Part shown: in pieces, positions 16,721 through 27,296 of the stretch
Layout: the number at the start of each line of letters is the position of its first letter
How positions within the stretch are numbered: position 1 is the first letter of the stretch
Virus record (IMG/VR): IMGVR_UViG_3300037470_000793
Coordinates: 1-50,209 of that record
DNA from: a virus
Lineage: Duplodnaviria > Caudoviricetes
Direction: 5' to 3' (one strand)
DNA: 50,209 nucleotides
The notes under the pieces: generated by a model
Told to the model about the DNA's origin: nothing
The model's database searches: none
What the model saw: only the letters and a program-made list of their open reading frames with translations
Position numbers and translations under genes: made by a program

Positions 16721-19700
16721 CTAGACGAGACTCGGCGAGCTCGTCGTTCGTGGCTCGATACCCAGTCGCATCAGAGCCGTGTCGATGGTGCCAACCGTGT
16801 TCTGGATGTCATCGGTCGTGGGCAGCGGGTAGCCCATCTGCCGCAGGTGCGTGAGTGCGGGGAGCACCTGCGAGTAGTAGAAGTCGAGCTCCGCTGAGTT
16901 GAGCGCGTCCTGGTCGACGGGCCGCATCGTGAAGCCGAACGCTGCTGATGCGAGCGACGTCATGCGCGTCTTCACGCGGTCAGGGTCAGCGTACAGCCAT
17001 GAGCGGAAGCGGCTGAACGCCGGCACCACACCCAAGAGGTTCTGGTTCTTGTCGGTGGTGTAGAGCTGGCCGTCCGCGCCCTTCTCTGCCATGCCGACGA
17101 CATCGAGCACGTCGCGGATGCCGGGGACGTTGAAAACACCAGCGAGGGGGACCTTCTTCCCTTCGATGGGCGCACCGGTGAACGTGCTCTGCTCGTACAC
17201 GTAGTTCTCGAGCAGCGGCCGGATGGCCGGCAGGAAGGACGACACGAACTCACGAGCTCCGATGTGCAGGTCACTCATCGGCAGGTCGAGCATGACCGTG
17301 TCGTACACCGTCTCGCCGTTCTCGGTCCGAGCTCCGAACGGGATGGTGAACTGCTGTCCCATCCACGACGGCATGCGGTAGCGCTCCTCGTCGTAGTCCA
17401 GCCCGGCCGCAGTGAACGCGGCACCCTGGGCCTTCTTCACGGCGAGCAGGGCTCCCGGCGACTCGAGCATCTGGTGGACCTGGAAGGGGACGTTGGTCCG
17501 CATCCACTTGTAGAACGGGATGAGGTCGCGGATGGTGCCGGCCTCGGTGTCGGTGAGGTCGGCGTAGTCGCCGTGCCTCATCATCGTGAAGGTGCGCGCG
17601 TCGATGACGGAGCCGTAGGTGCGCAGGCCCCGCGCGAACGCGGCGGTACGCATCACGTTCTCTGTCAGCGTGCCGGCGCCCCTCGCGCCCTTCGTGTACG
17701 TCGTACCCCCTGGGATTTTCTCGAGCAGCATCTTCTTCGACTGCTCCGCTTCCTGGGTGCCCAGCGGCCGCGCCTCGGCGAACGCCCGGCCGTTGCCGGC
17801 GGTGACGCCCTGCGACACTGTCATCGCGGACAGGTCGCCGTACGTCATGTCCTCGATGCGGCGGCCGTTCATCGAGAACGTACCGTTGCGGCGGAGGGCG
17901 TCGATGAGGTCGCCGTCCTTGTCGAGGATGCGCATGGTTGCCCACTTGCCGGGCTTCCCTTCCACGAGCTCACGCGCCGCGAACCGTGTCCGACCGGCGA
18001 GGATGTAGTCGCTGATGTCGACGCCGCCGAGCATGTTGTTGAAGAATGCGCCGTAGAGGTTGCGAACGTGGAAGCCGGGCCACATCCACGTCGCGTGGCT
18101 CTTCCACCACGCGTTGAACTTGCGGAACTCCCCGTGGATGCCCTCGACTCCGCGGAAGCCGCGCACAGCTTCACGGAACTCCGCGGCCATGAACGACGGC
18201 ATCGCCAGTGTCTCGAACCCTGGGATGTCCAGGCGCTCGAACCCCTCGGCGTTCAGCACGTTCTCATCGGCAGCGAGCAGCGCGGGCTTCACTTGCGCGG
18301 CCTCGGTCTGCAGCCGAGTGGCCAGGCGGTTCGTCTCGTTGATGGCCTCAGCCATCTCGAGGCTCTCGCCTTCGAAGCTGCGCACGGCCTTGTCCTGCGC
18401 GGACAGGAGGCGCTGCTCGATGTCATCGGCTCGCCCGAGCCCGTTGCGCTCGAGCACCTCAGACGCCGCGCGTACCTGGTCCTCGGCGCCGAAGACGCCC
18501 TCGTCCGTCCAGTGGCGGCGCACGAGCGACGCGAGGCTCTTCGGGTCGGCGCCGACGGTACTGACCTCGCCGGAGGCCTTCACGGTGCGAACCGCGCTGA
18601 TGTGCCGGCCCGGCGGCTGGCCGCCCTTGTGGATGGCGACGATGCGCTCGGGGGGCACGGTCTCGTAGAAGCTGACGGCGCCGCTCTGCCCTGCACGAGC
18701 CTGCGCGGGGTCGGCCCAGAACTCGATGAGCACTCGGTCGTCGTCGAGAGCACCGTCGAGCACACGCGCAGCACTCCCGGCAGTTTCGTCGGCCGCGTAC
18801 ACCGTGTTGCGGGCGACGTCGCCGAAGCGGTCTGGCGTTGCGAGCACGCCCTTCTCTTTGTACGAGTCGAGCCGGTTGGCCCAGCCCTCGTGGAAGTAGC
18901 GCTTCGAACCCGCGGGGATGACCGCCGTACCAGGAGCGCCCTCGTCCAGCTTCGTCGACGCGTAGTGAACGTCGCCCCCCTCGTCGACCCAGCGCCAGAT
19001 GCCGTCCTCGAGCTCGTCAGCGTTGCCGGCCTTGACGGCGCTGTTCAGCGAGCGGCGCATCTGGTGGTCCGGGCGTTCGAAGTCCGCGACCTGACGCGCA
19101 GCGTTCTCGGGAACACCCAGGACTCGGCGCATGTCCTTCTCGTCGAGCACGTTCATCGCGTTGCGCAGGGTCTCGTACCCGCCGGCGATGTCGTCAGCCG
19201 CCTGGCGCGCGAGCCCCTCGAGCTCCTTCATCGCCTTCATCTGCATGACGGTGGCGTGCTTCGACGCGGCCGCAACATCCTCACCGAGCTTCTCGATGTC
19301 GTCGAGGAGCTCCTCGTTCACGACCCATCGGTAGCGGTTGAGGCCGACGGCGTTGCCGTTGAACACGGACTTGCCGAGGCCCAGCGTCTCCAACGTGCGA
19401 GCCGCCTGCCCCTGCAGCTTGGCGTGCACGGCGTTCACGTCCTTGGCGACGTGCTGCTTGAGTGCGTGCAGCGGGTCACGGATGAGCACCTGCTCACCCG
19501 GCAGCAGCGCGACACCCTCGGCAGCCATGCGCCGGCGGAGCTCGGTCTCGGCGGCTTCGTAGGGCAGCCGGGACACGTCACGAATCTGACGCTCGAGCCA
19601 CACGCGCGAACCACCGGGGTACGCTTCGCTGACCTTCGACCGGTTGACAGCTCTCCACGCTTCGCCAGTCGCCCACCGCGCGCCCTGCCCCTTCTGCAGC

Positions 19701-22570
19701 GCGAGCCGCGGGGCGCCCTCGGTCAGCCTAGCCGCGGAGAACGAGCGGTCGGCGTTCTTGAACAGGGTGACGTACTCTTCGACTTCGCCAGCTTCGTTCC
19801 TCACCCGAGTGATGACGGAGTCGTAGTCCTGCTCCTGTATCAGACGGGAGACGACTGTGCCGACGGTGTCCTGACGCTCCACGAGCTCGGCCGCCGCGGC
19901 CTTCACGCGCGGGTCCGCGCCCTCAGCCAAGATGCGGGCCTTGCCCTCGATGGCCTCGAACACCGGCCGGTAGCCGTCGGCCATCTCCTTCGCCACGTCC
20001 GTCGGGTAGCCGGCGGCCACATCACCGGCAGCGTCACCAGTGAGGTCGCGGATGAGCGGGTTCCGGGCGTACACGGCCACCTCGCGGTTGCGCGCGGTGA
20101 GAGCGGTGACTTGCTGCCTGGCGGTTACGAGGTCGCCGAGCGCGGCCTTCTTCGCAGCTATGAGCTCGTCGGGGCTGCCAACGACGACACCGGTCTTCTG
20201 GCCGAGCAGCGCGTTCTCAGCGTCGCGGACTGCGGCCTGGGCGGTCACGAGGTCGGCGTTGCGCGCGGCGGCCTCAGCCCCAACCTCGAGGTCACCGGCG
20301 GCCCGCAGATGGAAGCCGCGGAACGCGACCCCACCGTGCTCCATCTCGGTCAGTAGGTGGTCGCCGAAGGCCTCTTTGTCCATGTCGAGGGTGTCGTCGA
20401 CGACGCGGAAACGCTTGCCGTGGAACCGTGAGTTGCCCTCGTGTGTCACGATGCGCTGAGCATCCTCGACGCTCATGTCGTCGGTGTGCTGCCACGGGAA
20501 CTCGTCAAGGTCTGGTGAGAGGCCGTAGTTGGTGCGCATCGTGCGGCCGTTGTTCGAGACCTTGCGCATGAGCTGCAGGTACTCGAACGACTCGTCGCCG
20601 AACTCGGAGCGGAACCAGCTCTCGAGCTCCTTCGCCTCGGCCGTCTTCTCGGCCACGTTGTCGAGGGTGGTGCGGAAGCCCTTGAGCATGTCGTCGGTCG
20701 AGCCGTAGCCGACCTCCTCGGGGAAGAGCCGGAGCCATGAGTCCAGCCTCGATGCGAGGACCTGCTCCTGTGCTTCGTCCAGCTTCCCACTCCTGAACAC
20801 CCGGCCGAACTCCTGCTCGAAGGTCTTCGAGTTGAACATCCGCCCGGTCGAGTCCTCGACGTGGAAGATGTCCTCGGTGAGCGAGGCCTTCATGTGGGTG
20901 CTGAGCTTCTTCGACTCCGCGGCCATGATGCCGGCGAGCGTGTTGGTGCGCATCGCTGCGGCGTGCGGAGCGAAGTGAGCCGTGCCGCGGCCGACCTGCT
21001 CGGACAGCGACATGAGCGGCGACCCGATGGCGCCGAAAGCCCCACCGCTGAGCTCCTTGGCGACCGCGCGGTTCGAGCGCTGCAGCAGCGAGAAGCCGCC
21101 CTCCCAGAACGCCCGGAGGTCGTCGACGGACGCGGCGCCCTTGCCGACCATCTTCTCGAGCCGCATCTCCCCGGACATGCCGGCGAAGAACCGGCGTCCG
21201 ATGGAGAAGTCCAACCGCGTCGTGACGGCCGGCATGAGCCGCCGCGGCGCCAGCCGGAGGCCGAGCACGGGGATGTTGAGCCGCATGCTCCACCCGCCGC
21301 GGAGCGCCTGAGCCGCCCGGGCCTCCTGGTAGAAGCCCTTGAGCTTCCGCGCTTCCTTGCCGAAGCCGGGCCGGAGACCGGTGCCGCGGTTGACGAAGCC
21401 CTTGAGCATCTCGTCGGCCGAGCTCTTGTTGATGCCGAACGCCTTCATCAGCTTCGCGGAGCCCTGGCCCCACTTGCCGCGGTACGCAAGCGTCGCAGCG
21501 TCGTCGGCCAGCGAGGTCATCTCGCGAAGCGCGCGCTGGGCGCCCTCACTCGACAGGGTGTTCAGAACGCCCGGGAGCGCGTCGGTGTGGACCGGGGACA
21601 GCGCGCTCGCGGCCTTGCCCCAGAACCCGGTGCTCGCCCGAGCCGCGGCCGCCTCGGCCACGGACGGGACCTTGAGCACGGCGCCGGCCGCCATCTCGAC
21701 GGTCTCTGCGCCGGCATCCATCGCGACTTGGAAGAGCTCCGCGCGGTCGAGGTTCTTCATGACGACGTCTTCGCCGAGCTCCTTGGCGACCTTCTCGAGG
21801 CCCTCCGAGGCGATGCGGCTCGTGATGGTGGCGGACTCGGTGAACGCGGCGCCGATGCCAGCCTTGGCCCCGGTCTTCGCCAGGATGGACTTGCCGATGC
21901 CGGCGGTGCCGAACGACGCCCACGTCAGGGGGTCGAGCGCGACGTCACCGATGAACCCCAGGGTGGCCGTGAACCAGTTGCGCTCCATGCCCAACTTCTC
22001 GACGAGCACGTCGTCCCACGACACGTCGCTGTTGCCCGTCAGCGCATCGCCCATGTTCTTCCACACGGACTCTTTCCCCCAGTCCATGACTATTTCTGGG
22101 AGAATCTCCGCCGGTCGCGAGATGACCTCGAACACAGTGTCCAGGCCGGAGACGTCGAAGAACTTGCCGATGCCTCCCATGACGGCGTCGAAGAACCCGC
22201 CGCCCTCCTCGACCTGTCGCCCCTGCTCCTCGGCAATCTGCTGCGCGAGCGCGGGGTTCGCCTGGCCGATGCGAGCCAGGGCGCGGTCGGTCTGCGACGC
22301 AGCCTCCTCGGGAGTCCACGCGCGCGGGTCGTTGCCCGGACCGACGGCACCGTTCGTCCATGCCGACATGGCGCTCAGCCCGTTCTGGTACCCAACGGCG
22401 CCGGCGGCCGGAGGAGCCCAAGGCGTCGGTGTCCCCGCCACGGCGGGGTTCAACGCTTGGAGCATCTGGTCGTCGGCGGTGAGGCCGAACGTCGGCGGGT
22501 ACATCGGCTGAGGGAAGCTCAGCGGCATGGGCTGCGGGAACGCGAGTGGTGAGGGTGCGGGAAGCGGCAT
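16721..22570 (-). CDS. Giant internal virion/ejection (polyvalent) protein, 1949 aa, with ART-like segments
   Basis: Size and position after the tail genes; N-terminal GFIGDVALDPLTW; C-terminal PGFHVRN and IPFYKWMRTN motifs typical of podoviral internal proteins. Confidence 0.8.
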   Translation of the reverse strand: MPLPAPSPLAFPQPMPLSFPQPMYPPTFGLTADDQMLQALNPAVAGTPTPWAPPAAGAVGYQNGLSAMSAWTNGAVGPGNDPRAWTPEEAASQTDRALARIGQANPALAQQIAEEQGRQVEEGGGFFDAVMGGIGKFFDVSGLDTVFEVISRPAEILPEIVMDWGKESVWKNMGDALTGNSDVSWDDVLVEKLGMERNWFTATLGFIGDVALDPLTWASFGTAGIGKSILAKTGAKAGIGAAFTESATITSRIASEGLEKVAKELGEDVVMKNLDRAELFQVAMDAGAETVEMAAGAVLKVPSVAEAAAARASTGFWGKAASALSPVHTDALPGVLNTLSSEGAQRALREMTSLADDAATLAYRGKWGQGSAKLMKAFGINKSSADEMLKGFVNRGTGLRPGFGKEARKLKGFYQEARAAQALRGGWSMRLNIPVLGLRLAPRRLMPAVTTRLDFSIGRRFFAGMSGEMRLEKMVGKGAASVDDLRAFWEGGFSLLQRSNRAVAKELSGGAFGAIGSPLMSLSEQVGRGTAHFAPHAAAMRTNTLAGIMAAESKKLSTHMKASLTEDIFHVEDSTGRMFNSKTFEQEFGRVFRSGKLDEAQEQVLASRLDSWLRLFPEEVGYGSTDDMLKGFRTTLDNVAEKTAEAKELESWFRSEFGDESFEYLQLMRKVSNNGRTMRTNYGLSPDLDEFPWQHTDDMSVEDAQRIVTHEGNSRFHGKRFRVVDDTLDMDKEAFGDHLLTEMEHGGVAFRGFHLRAAGDLEVGAEAAARNADLVTAQAAVRDAENALLGQKTGVVVGSPDELIAAKKAALGDLVTARQQVTALTARNREVAVYARNPLIRDLTGDAAGDVAAGYPTDVAKEMADGYRPVFEAIEGKARILAEGADPRVKAAAAELVERQDTVGTVVSRLIQEQDYDSVITRVRNEAGEVEEYVTLFKNADRSFSAARLTEGAPRLALQKGQGARWATGEAWRAVNRSKVSEAYPGGSRVWLERQIRDVSRLPYEAAETELRRRMAAEGVALLPGEQVLIRDPLHALKQHVAKDVNAVHAKLQGQAARTLETLGLGKSVFNGNAVGLNRYRWVVNEELLDDIEKLGEDVAAASKHATVMQMKAMKELEGLARQAADDIAGGYETLRNAMNVLDEKDMRRVLGVPENAARQVADFERPDHQMRRSLNSAVKAGNADELEDGIWRWVDEGGDVHYASTKLDEGAPGTAVIPAGSKRYFHEGWANRLDSYKEKGVLATPDRFGDVARNTVYAADETAGSAARVLDGALDDDRVLIEFWADPAQARAGQSGAVSFYETVPPERIVAIHKGGQPPGRHISAVRTVKASGEVSTVGADPKSLASLVRRHWTDEGVFGAEDQVRAASEVLERNGLGRADDIEQRLLSAQDKAVRSFEGESLEMAEAINETNRLATRLQTEAAQVKPALLAADENVLNAEGFERLDIPGFETLAMPSFMAAEFREAVRGFRGVEGIHGEFRKFNAWWKSHATWMWPGFHVRNLYGAFFNNMLGGVDISDYILAGRTRFAARELVEGKPGKWATMRILDKDGDLIDALRRNGTFSMNGRRIEDMTYGDLSAMTVSQGVTAGNGRAFAEARPLGTQEAEQSKKMLLEKIPGGTTYTKGARGAGTLTENVMRTAAFARGLRTYGSVIDARTFTMMRHGDYADLTDTEAGTIRDLIPFYKWMRTNVPFQVHQMLESPGALLAVKKAQGAAFTAAGLDYDEERYRMPSWMGQQFTIPFGARTENGETVYDTVMLDLPMSDLHIGAREFVSSFLPAIRPLLENYVYEQSTFTGAPIEGKKVPLAGVFNVPGIRDVLDVVGMAEKGADGQLYTTDKNQNLLGVVPAFSRFRSWLYADPDRVKTRMTSLASAAFGFTMRPVDQDALNSAELDFYYSQVLPALTHLRQMGYPLPTTDDIQNTVGTIDTALMRLGIEPRTTSSPSLV

Positions 22571-22621
22571 GTCTATCTCCTAGGCCAGGTGTCGCGCGTA
22601 CGCGCTTCTCACCTGCGCCTG

Positions 22622-23533
22622 CTATGACTCCGAGCTAAAGTTCGGGGTCCAGTCCCAAAAACCAGGGGGCTGCGGCTCGGGGTTCTGTAGCTCCCTCCAC
22701 CGTTTCTGAACAGCGATGGTTGCACGGTCGACCGCAGTGTTAGCGACGGACTCGCCCCACTTCTCGAAGCCTGGCATCTGTCCGTACTGCTTCACGAGAG
22801 CGCTCTTGAACGCCTCGCCGGCGGTCATGCGGGAGCCCATGAGCATGTTGCGTGCCATGTCGAAGGCGAGTGCGCCCTCAGGCTCCTCGCCAGTGAAGCC
22901 GAGGTTCTGCACGATGCTGGTCGCGGTCTCGCCGATGCTCAACCCTTCGTACGCGTTGTCGTTAGCTGCGACGGCGGCGCGCACTCCATCAGCCACTCCG
23001 ACTGCAAGGCTCGGTGCCTGCTCGCTGATGGCTGCAATGGCGGGGGCGTAGGAGGTACGACCGGCCTGTGAGGCAGCCTTGTCCTCCAAGTTCATCTGGA
23101 ACTTCATCATCTCCTTCTGCTCGGAGATACGGCGCTGAGAGTCCAGCTCCGCCATCATGAGCGACTGCGCGAACTGAGCGGTCGCGTCGTCGGAAGCGCC
23201 TGTCGCCTGCTGAACTGCCCTGGCTTTTGCAACGGCCGCGGCTGCGGCCTGCTGCGAGGCGCTCTGCTTGAAGATGGACGTCATGTCGGAGATGGTCTGC
23301 GCGCCGGCCTTGAGCTGCTGCTTCCCGGCCTGCGCCTGAGCCTGGCCTTGCGCGACGGCGGCGCGGAAGGTAGAGGCCTGCAGGTGGATGGACGGAGCGA
23401 GCTCGAGGCCGAACTGCGACGCGAGGGACTTCTCGAATGGCGTGGTGCCACGCCGCTGCCGCGCCGAGCGCTCGCCGTTGCGCGCGGTGCTGAGGGCAGC
23501 CTTGAGTGGGTTGGCGGAGTACTTCGGTGCCAT
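22622..23533 (-). CDS. Putative internal virion (ejection) protein
   Basis: Ala/Gln-rich helical protein between the nozzle and the giant protein. Confidence 0.65.
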   Translation of the reverse strand: MAPKYSANPLKAALSTARNGERSARQRRGTTPFEKSLASQFGLELAPSIHLQASTFRAAVAQGQAQAQAGKQQLKAGAQTISDMTSIFKQSASQQAAAAAVAKARAVQQATGASDDATAQFAQSLMMAELDSQRRISEQKEMMKFQMNLEDKAASQAGRTSYAPAIAAISEQAPSLAVGVADGVRAAVAANDNAYEGLSIGETATSIVQNLGFTGEEPEGALAFDMARNMLMGSRMTAGEAFKSALVKQYGQMPGFEKWGESVANTAVDRATIAVQKRWRELQNPEPQPPGFWDWTPNFSSES

Positions 23534-24358
23534 CTACTGTACCCCCTGCAAGAAGCCGCCGGTCCCGAGCGTTGTACGCGAGCGCGTACGCGCGTCGAGA
23601 ATCCGTTGCCTAAGCTGACTCCGAGACGTGCCGGCGGGGACGTAGCCCACCCCTTCGACGTACGTCTGCGTTTCTCCTGTGGTCGGGTTGACGGCTCCTG
23701 GGATGACCATGGAACCCATGAACCGTGTTGCGGTCTGCTCGGTGCGGCCGCTCTCGCCCAACGCTTCGAGCGCCGCCATCATGTTCGAAGCCCCGGCTTC
23801 CGATGCGGCGAGCTGGGCCTGCGCGATTTCGTTCGCCTGGCGAGCAGCAGCGGCCTGCGCCTCAATCTGCTGCTGCGCTATCTGGTAGTCGAGGTACGCC
23901 TGCTGCTCGGCCACCTTCGTGTCGACGATGCCCTGGCGCATGGCGTTCTTCGCGGCCTTGGTCTGAGACTTCATGTCGGCGATGACGCCGATGCGCTCCT
24001 GCGACACCGAGCTCGCGCCGGTGAGGCCGCGGTCGATGCCGGTGTTGATGACATCGGACATCGCGCCCATGGCGCCGGCGGCGATGCTCGCCTTGTCGGT
24101 GCCGAACTGAGCGCGCAGGCCGACGCGCTTCGCGCGCATCGCAGCGGCGAGCGTCTGGAACTGAGCGTACGCGCCGGCGAGCTGTCCGCCGGCAGAGGCA
24201 GCGCCGCCGTAGTCCGCGCCGAAGCCAGGCAGGCTCGGCGTCCCGACGTTGTTCGGCACACCGGGGATGGCCGGGCCCTTCGATGCGCGGTTCGTCGCCG
24301 TGTTGCGCAAGCGGCCGGCATCGCCCATCCGCTTGTTCGGACCTGCGTTCAGTGCCAT
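23534..24358 (-). CDS. Putative internal virion (ejection) protein
   Basis: Starts MALNAGPNK after AGGAG; Ala/Gly/Gln-rich. Confidence 0.65.
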   Translation of the reverse strand: MALNAGPNKRMGDAGRLRNTATNRASKGPAIPGVPNNVGTPSLPGFGADYGGAASAGGQLAGAYAQFQTLAAAMRAKRVGLRAQFGTDKASIAAGAMGAMSDVINTGIDRGLTGASSVSQERIGVIADMKSQTKAAKNAMRQGIVDTKVAEQQAYLDYQIAQQQIEAQAAAARQANEIAQAQLAASEAGASNMMAALEALGESGRTEQTATRFMGSMVIPGAVNPTTGETQTYVEGVGYVPAGTSRSQLRQRILDARTRSRTTLGTGGFLQGVQ

Positions 24359-24366
24359 GTCGTCTC

Positions 24367-26388
24367 CTAGCTGTTGCGGTGGAACCGCTCGCGGATAGGC
24401 TCGGTGTCGACACCGAACCCCATGATGGCGGGGCCACCCGTGGCGGCGGTCCCAGAAACTTCCAGGGCTGTAGCGTGAGCGGCTCGGCCGAGGGCCTCGC
24501 CCTCGATGTACGTCGCTATCTCGCCGGCCGTGGCGCCACGGGTCTGTGTGTACTCGGCGTCCGTGTCGAAGTCGCGGAAGCCCTTGACCGTCACGGACAC
24601 CGCCGTCTTCATCAGCACCCACGCGCGACGCACGCGGCGCTCCATGCGGAAGAGCCCGAACTGGAACCAGGCCGACCGGTAGCGCCAGGGGATTGCGTCG
24701 GTGGCCGTCGAGGCGCCGCCCTGTGGGTCGTCGTCGGTGTAGACGAGGTCGCCCGGGTCGTCGCCGTACTCGAAGATGCACGGGGCGCCGCCGCGGTGCG
24801 CGGTCGCGAACCACATGCGCCGGGCCCGCTTCTTCGCACCCACCGTCGCCGTGAGGATGGGCATGTCCGTCTTCCACCAGCTCTTCGTTCTCGGGTCGTA
24901 CACGAGCGTGATGTCGTCGGGGGTGCCGGCGCCTTCGGTGTCGGGCAGCGCGATGAAGACCTTCGAGTCGTACTCCCAAATCTGCGGCATCCAGTGCTCG
25001 TCGTCTTCGGCGGGCACGACCTGCAGCAGCCGGTCGATGCGCTCCTTGATGAACTCCCTGGCTTTCTCGTAGCCTTCGACCTCACGCTGAGAAGTACCGT
25101 CGCTGACCCACAGAGTACCGGTGTGCGATAGACCGTAGGCGAGGCCGTCGAGCTCGGTCAGACAGTTGAGTGCCACGACGCCGTAGGAGCCCAGCTTGCG
25201 CACGGACCAGGAGTCCTCGGAACGCCCAGCGAGCACCCACGAGCCCCAGCGCTTCGCCACGACGAGGTAGTTGCCCATGTCCCAGATGCCGCGGATGGCG
25301 TCGCCGCGCCCACCGGTGAACGGAACCCAGCCGCCGCCCTCACCCTTGAGGTCGTCGACCGCCGCCCAGTCCGTCGGGTCCCACTCGGCGTCGGGGATGG
25401 CGACGTTCTTCTCGAGAGCGAGCGGCGCGCTGTACTGCAACTTCGACCGGTCGTCCTCGTTGTCGCGGCGCACGAACGCGCGGTCACCGTAGAAGGTGCC
25501 GACCGAGCTCTTCACGCCGTTGCCGGACGGGGTCCACGCGTCGGTAATCGCGCTGTCGTCGTCGAGGATGTTCGGCAGCCGCACCTTCTTCCAGTACGTG
25601 CTCTGGTAGGTGCCGGTGCCGGGCGCGTTGTTCGTCGCGCTCTTGTGCGGCCGCGTGCACTCGAAGCTCTTCCAGTACGAGCTCGTCGATGCCCACACGG
25701 TCTTGCGAGACACCAGGTCGCCCAGCTTGTACTCGGTGCCGGACTCCCACTTGTCGAAGCGGATGTCGCGCAGCGAGCTGTAGGTGCTGCCGCTGAACGT
25801 GACCTTCTGTCGACGCTTGAACGCGTAGTCGCGGCCGAGCTCGTCTGAGGTGTCGACGCCGTCGTTGATGGCGTCGACCCACGTCTTCGGCGTGTTGAGC
25901 GCCGTGACGTCAGCGTCCCAGCCGTCCGTCGGGTGCCACGAGTAGATGGCATCGCCACGCGCGCCACCGTAGTACGTGCCGCCCACGACGAAGGACCAGT
26001 GCGGGGACTTCGGGTTCGTCCACACGCGGCCGGCAGTGTCGACACGGGAGAACGTGTCGTTGACGAGGTCGTAGCGGTAGACCTGCACGTTGTTGGCGTT
26101 CGCGGTCGCGTCCGACAGGATGACCATGATGTACCGCTTACGAGTCCCACCATCGATGGTCTCGTAGTAGTACATGTTCTTGACCTTGTGCGACAGCGAC
26201 CCGAGACGTCCCGCAGCCAGACGTTCATACCCCTTGCGAACTTCTGGATTGCCGCTGCTGGGCTCCGGCAACAGGTTCAGCACATCGGGCGACGCGTTCA
26301 TCGGGATGGCCGGCTCCGGCGTGTCCGGGGCGAAGCCACCGTCAAGCTTGTCAAGCTCGATGCGGTTCGGTGCGACCTCTGTGGGCAT
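24367..26388 (-). CDS. Tail nozzle / tail tubular protein B-like (beta-propeller)
   Basis: N-terminal GG...NL.P...RKG, Trp-rich beta repeats, LVYDPRTKSWW, YRSAWF. Confidence 0.75.
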   Translation of the reverse strand: MPTEVAPNRIELDKLDGGFAPDTPEPAIPMNASPDVLNLLPEPSSGNPEVRKGYERLAAGRLGSLSHKVKNMYYYETIDGGTRKRYIMVILSDATANANNVQVYRYDLVNDTFSRVDTAGRVWTNPKSPHWSFVVGGTYYGGARGDAIYSWHPTDGWDADVTALNTPKTWVDAINDGVDTSDELGRDYAFKRRQKVTFSGSTYSSLRDIRFDKWESGTEYKLGDLVSRKTVWASTSSYWKSFECTRPHKSATNNAPGTGTYQSTYWKKVRLPNILDDDSAITDAWTPSGNGVKSSVGTFYGDRAFVRRDNEDDRSKLQYSAPLALEKNVAIPDAEWDPTDWAAVDDLKGEGGGWVPFTGGRGDAIRGIWDMGNYLVVAKRWGSWVLAGRSEDSWSVRKLGSYGVVALNCLTELDGLAYGLSHTGTLWVSDGTSQREVEGYEKAREFIKERIDRLLQVVPAEDDEHWMPQIWEYDSKVFIALPDTEGAGTPDDITLVYDPRTKSWWKTDMPILTATVGAKKRARRMWFATAHRGGAPCIFEYGDDPGDLVYTDDDPQGGASTATDAIPWRYRSAWFQFGLFRMERRVRRAWVLMKTAVSVTVKGFRDFDTDAEYTQTRGATAGEIATYIEGEALGRAAHATALEVSGTAATGGPAIMGFGVDTEPIRERFHRNS

Positions 26389-27296
26389 TAGCCGACCCTC
26401 ACTTGAAGCATCGGTGCGATGTAGGAGTACGACGGTCCGTCGAGCTCATCAGGGTCACTGCCGAGGGAGGTGGGAAACCCAGAAGACCCGTCGAACACGT
26501 ACGACAGGGGATGGCTGTAGTAGTTGTCACTCGCGCCGACGCCCTGGTCGTTGTCGTCGAGGTTCTCGACAGGCGTCCAGTCTGGCACGTCAGGGAGTCC
26601 CGAGAGCGCTGCGGTCGTGTTGATGGTCGAGTACTCAACGATGCCGGTCTCGTTCGTCTCGATAACCGCCAGCCAGTTCCACCCGGGGGGTATCTCGCAT
26701 GTGATGCTGACACCGTGGTTGAACTGCGTCAACGTGTTGTCGACGGACAGCGAGCTGTCACCCTCGGCCAAGAGCGAGCCCGGCTGGCTGTTCGGTCCGT
26801 CACCGGCGTAGATGGCGAAGTCGAGTGTCGCGCTCTCGCCCGGCTCCGCGAACGGATTGGCGATGGCGATTTTGTCAACGGCCACCGTGTACGGGCCCGT
26901 CCAGAACGGAACGCAGACGAGCTCTTCATCGGTCAGGCTATCACTCACCGTGTTACCGGGTGACCACACGCTGTACCAGTGGCCGGTGCGAAACTTCTGG
27001 TCGAACATGCCCGCGTGCTCGTGCGGCATCAGGCTGTTCTTCATCCAGGTGGATTCGTCCGAGTGCTCGTTGTGCAGGCCCGCCATGCGCCGGAGCTCGC
27101 CGGCCAGGTGGTCGAAGTTCCCCTGCGACGCGACCTGCATCTGCTCGAGGACGCGGCCAAGCCCTTTGTCTCTGCGGACTTCGGGCATCTGGTCGGCGAG
27201 GAGCTGGACGTCGTGCATGTACGGAAGCTGCCGGAGCTGCATACGCTTCGCCTTGCGGTCGATGCGCCGCCACAGGTCTCCTCTGGTCTCGGGCAC
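26388..27296 (-). CDS. Putative tail/receptor-binding protein
   Basis: C-terminal domain resembles the C-terminal domain of 28251-29858. Confidence 0.6.
   Translation of the reverse strand: MPETRGDLWRRIDRKAKRMQLRQLPYMHDVQLLADQMPEVRRDKGLGRVLEQMQVASQGNFDHLAGELRRMAGLHNEHSDESTWMKNSLMPHEHAGMFDQKFRTGHWYSVWSPGNTVSDSLTDEELVCVPFWTGPYTVAVDKIAIANPFAEPGESATLDFAIYAGDGPNSQPGSLLAEGDSSLSVDNTLTQFNHGVSITCEIPPGWNWLAVIETNETGIVEYSTINTTAALSGLPDVPDWTPVENLDDNDQGVGASDNYYSHPLSYVFDGSSGFPTSLGSDPDELDGPSYSYIAPMLQVRVG

Noticed and set aside
17264-20356. 1030-aa plus-strand ORF and other long antisense ORFs (5012-6682, 32290-33921, 37951-39183, 40039-42198)
   Set aside because: Shadow ORFs opposite well-supported genes, expected at high GC3; no protein motifs.
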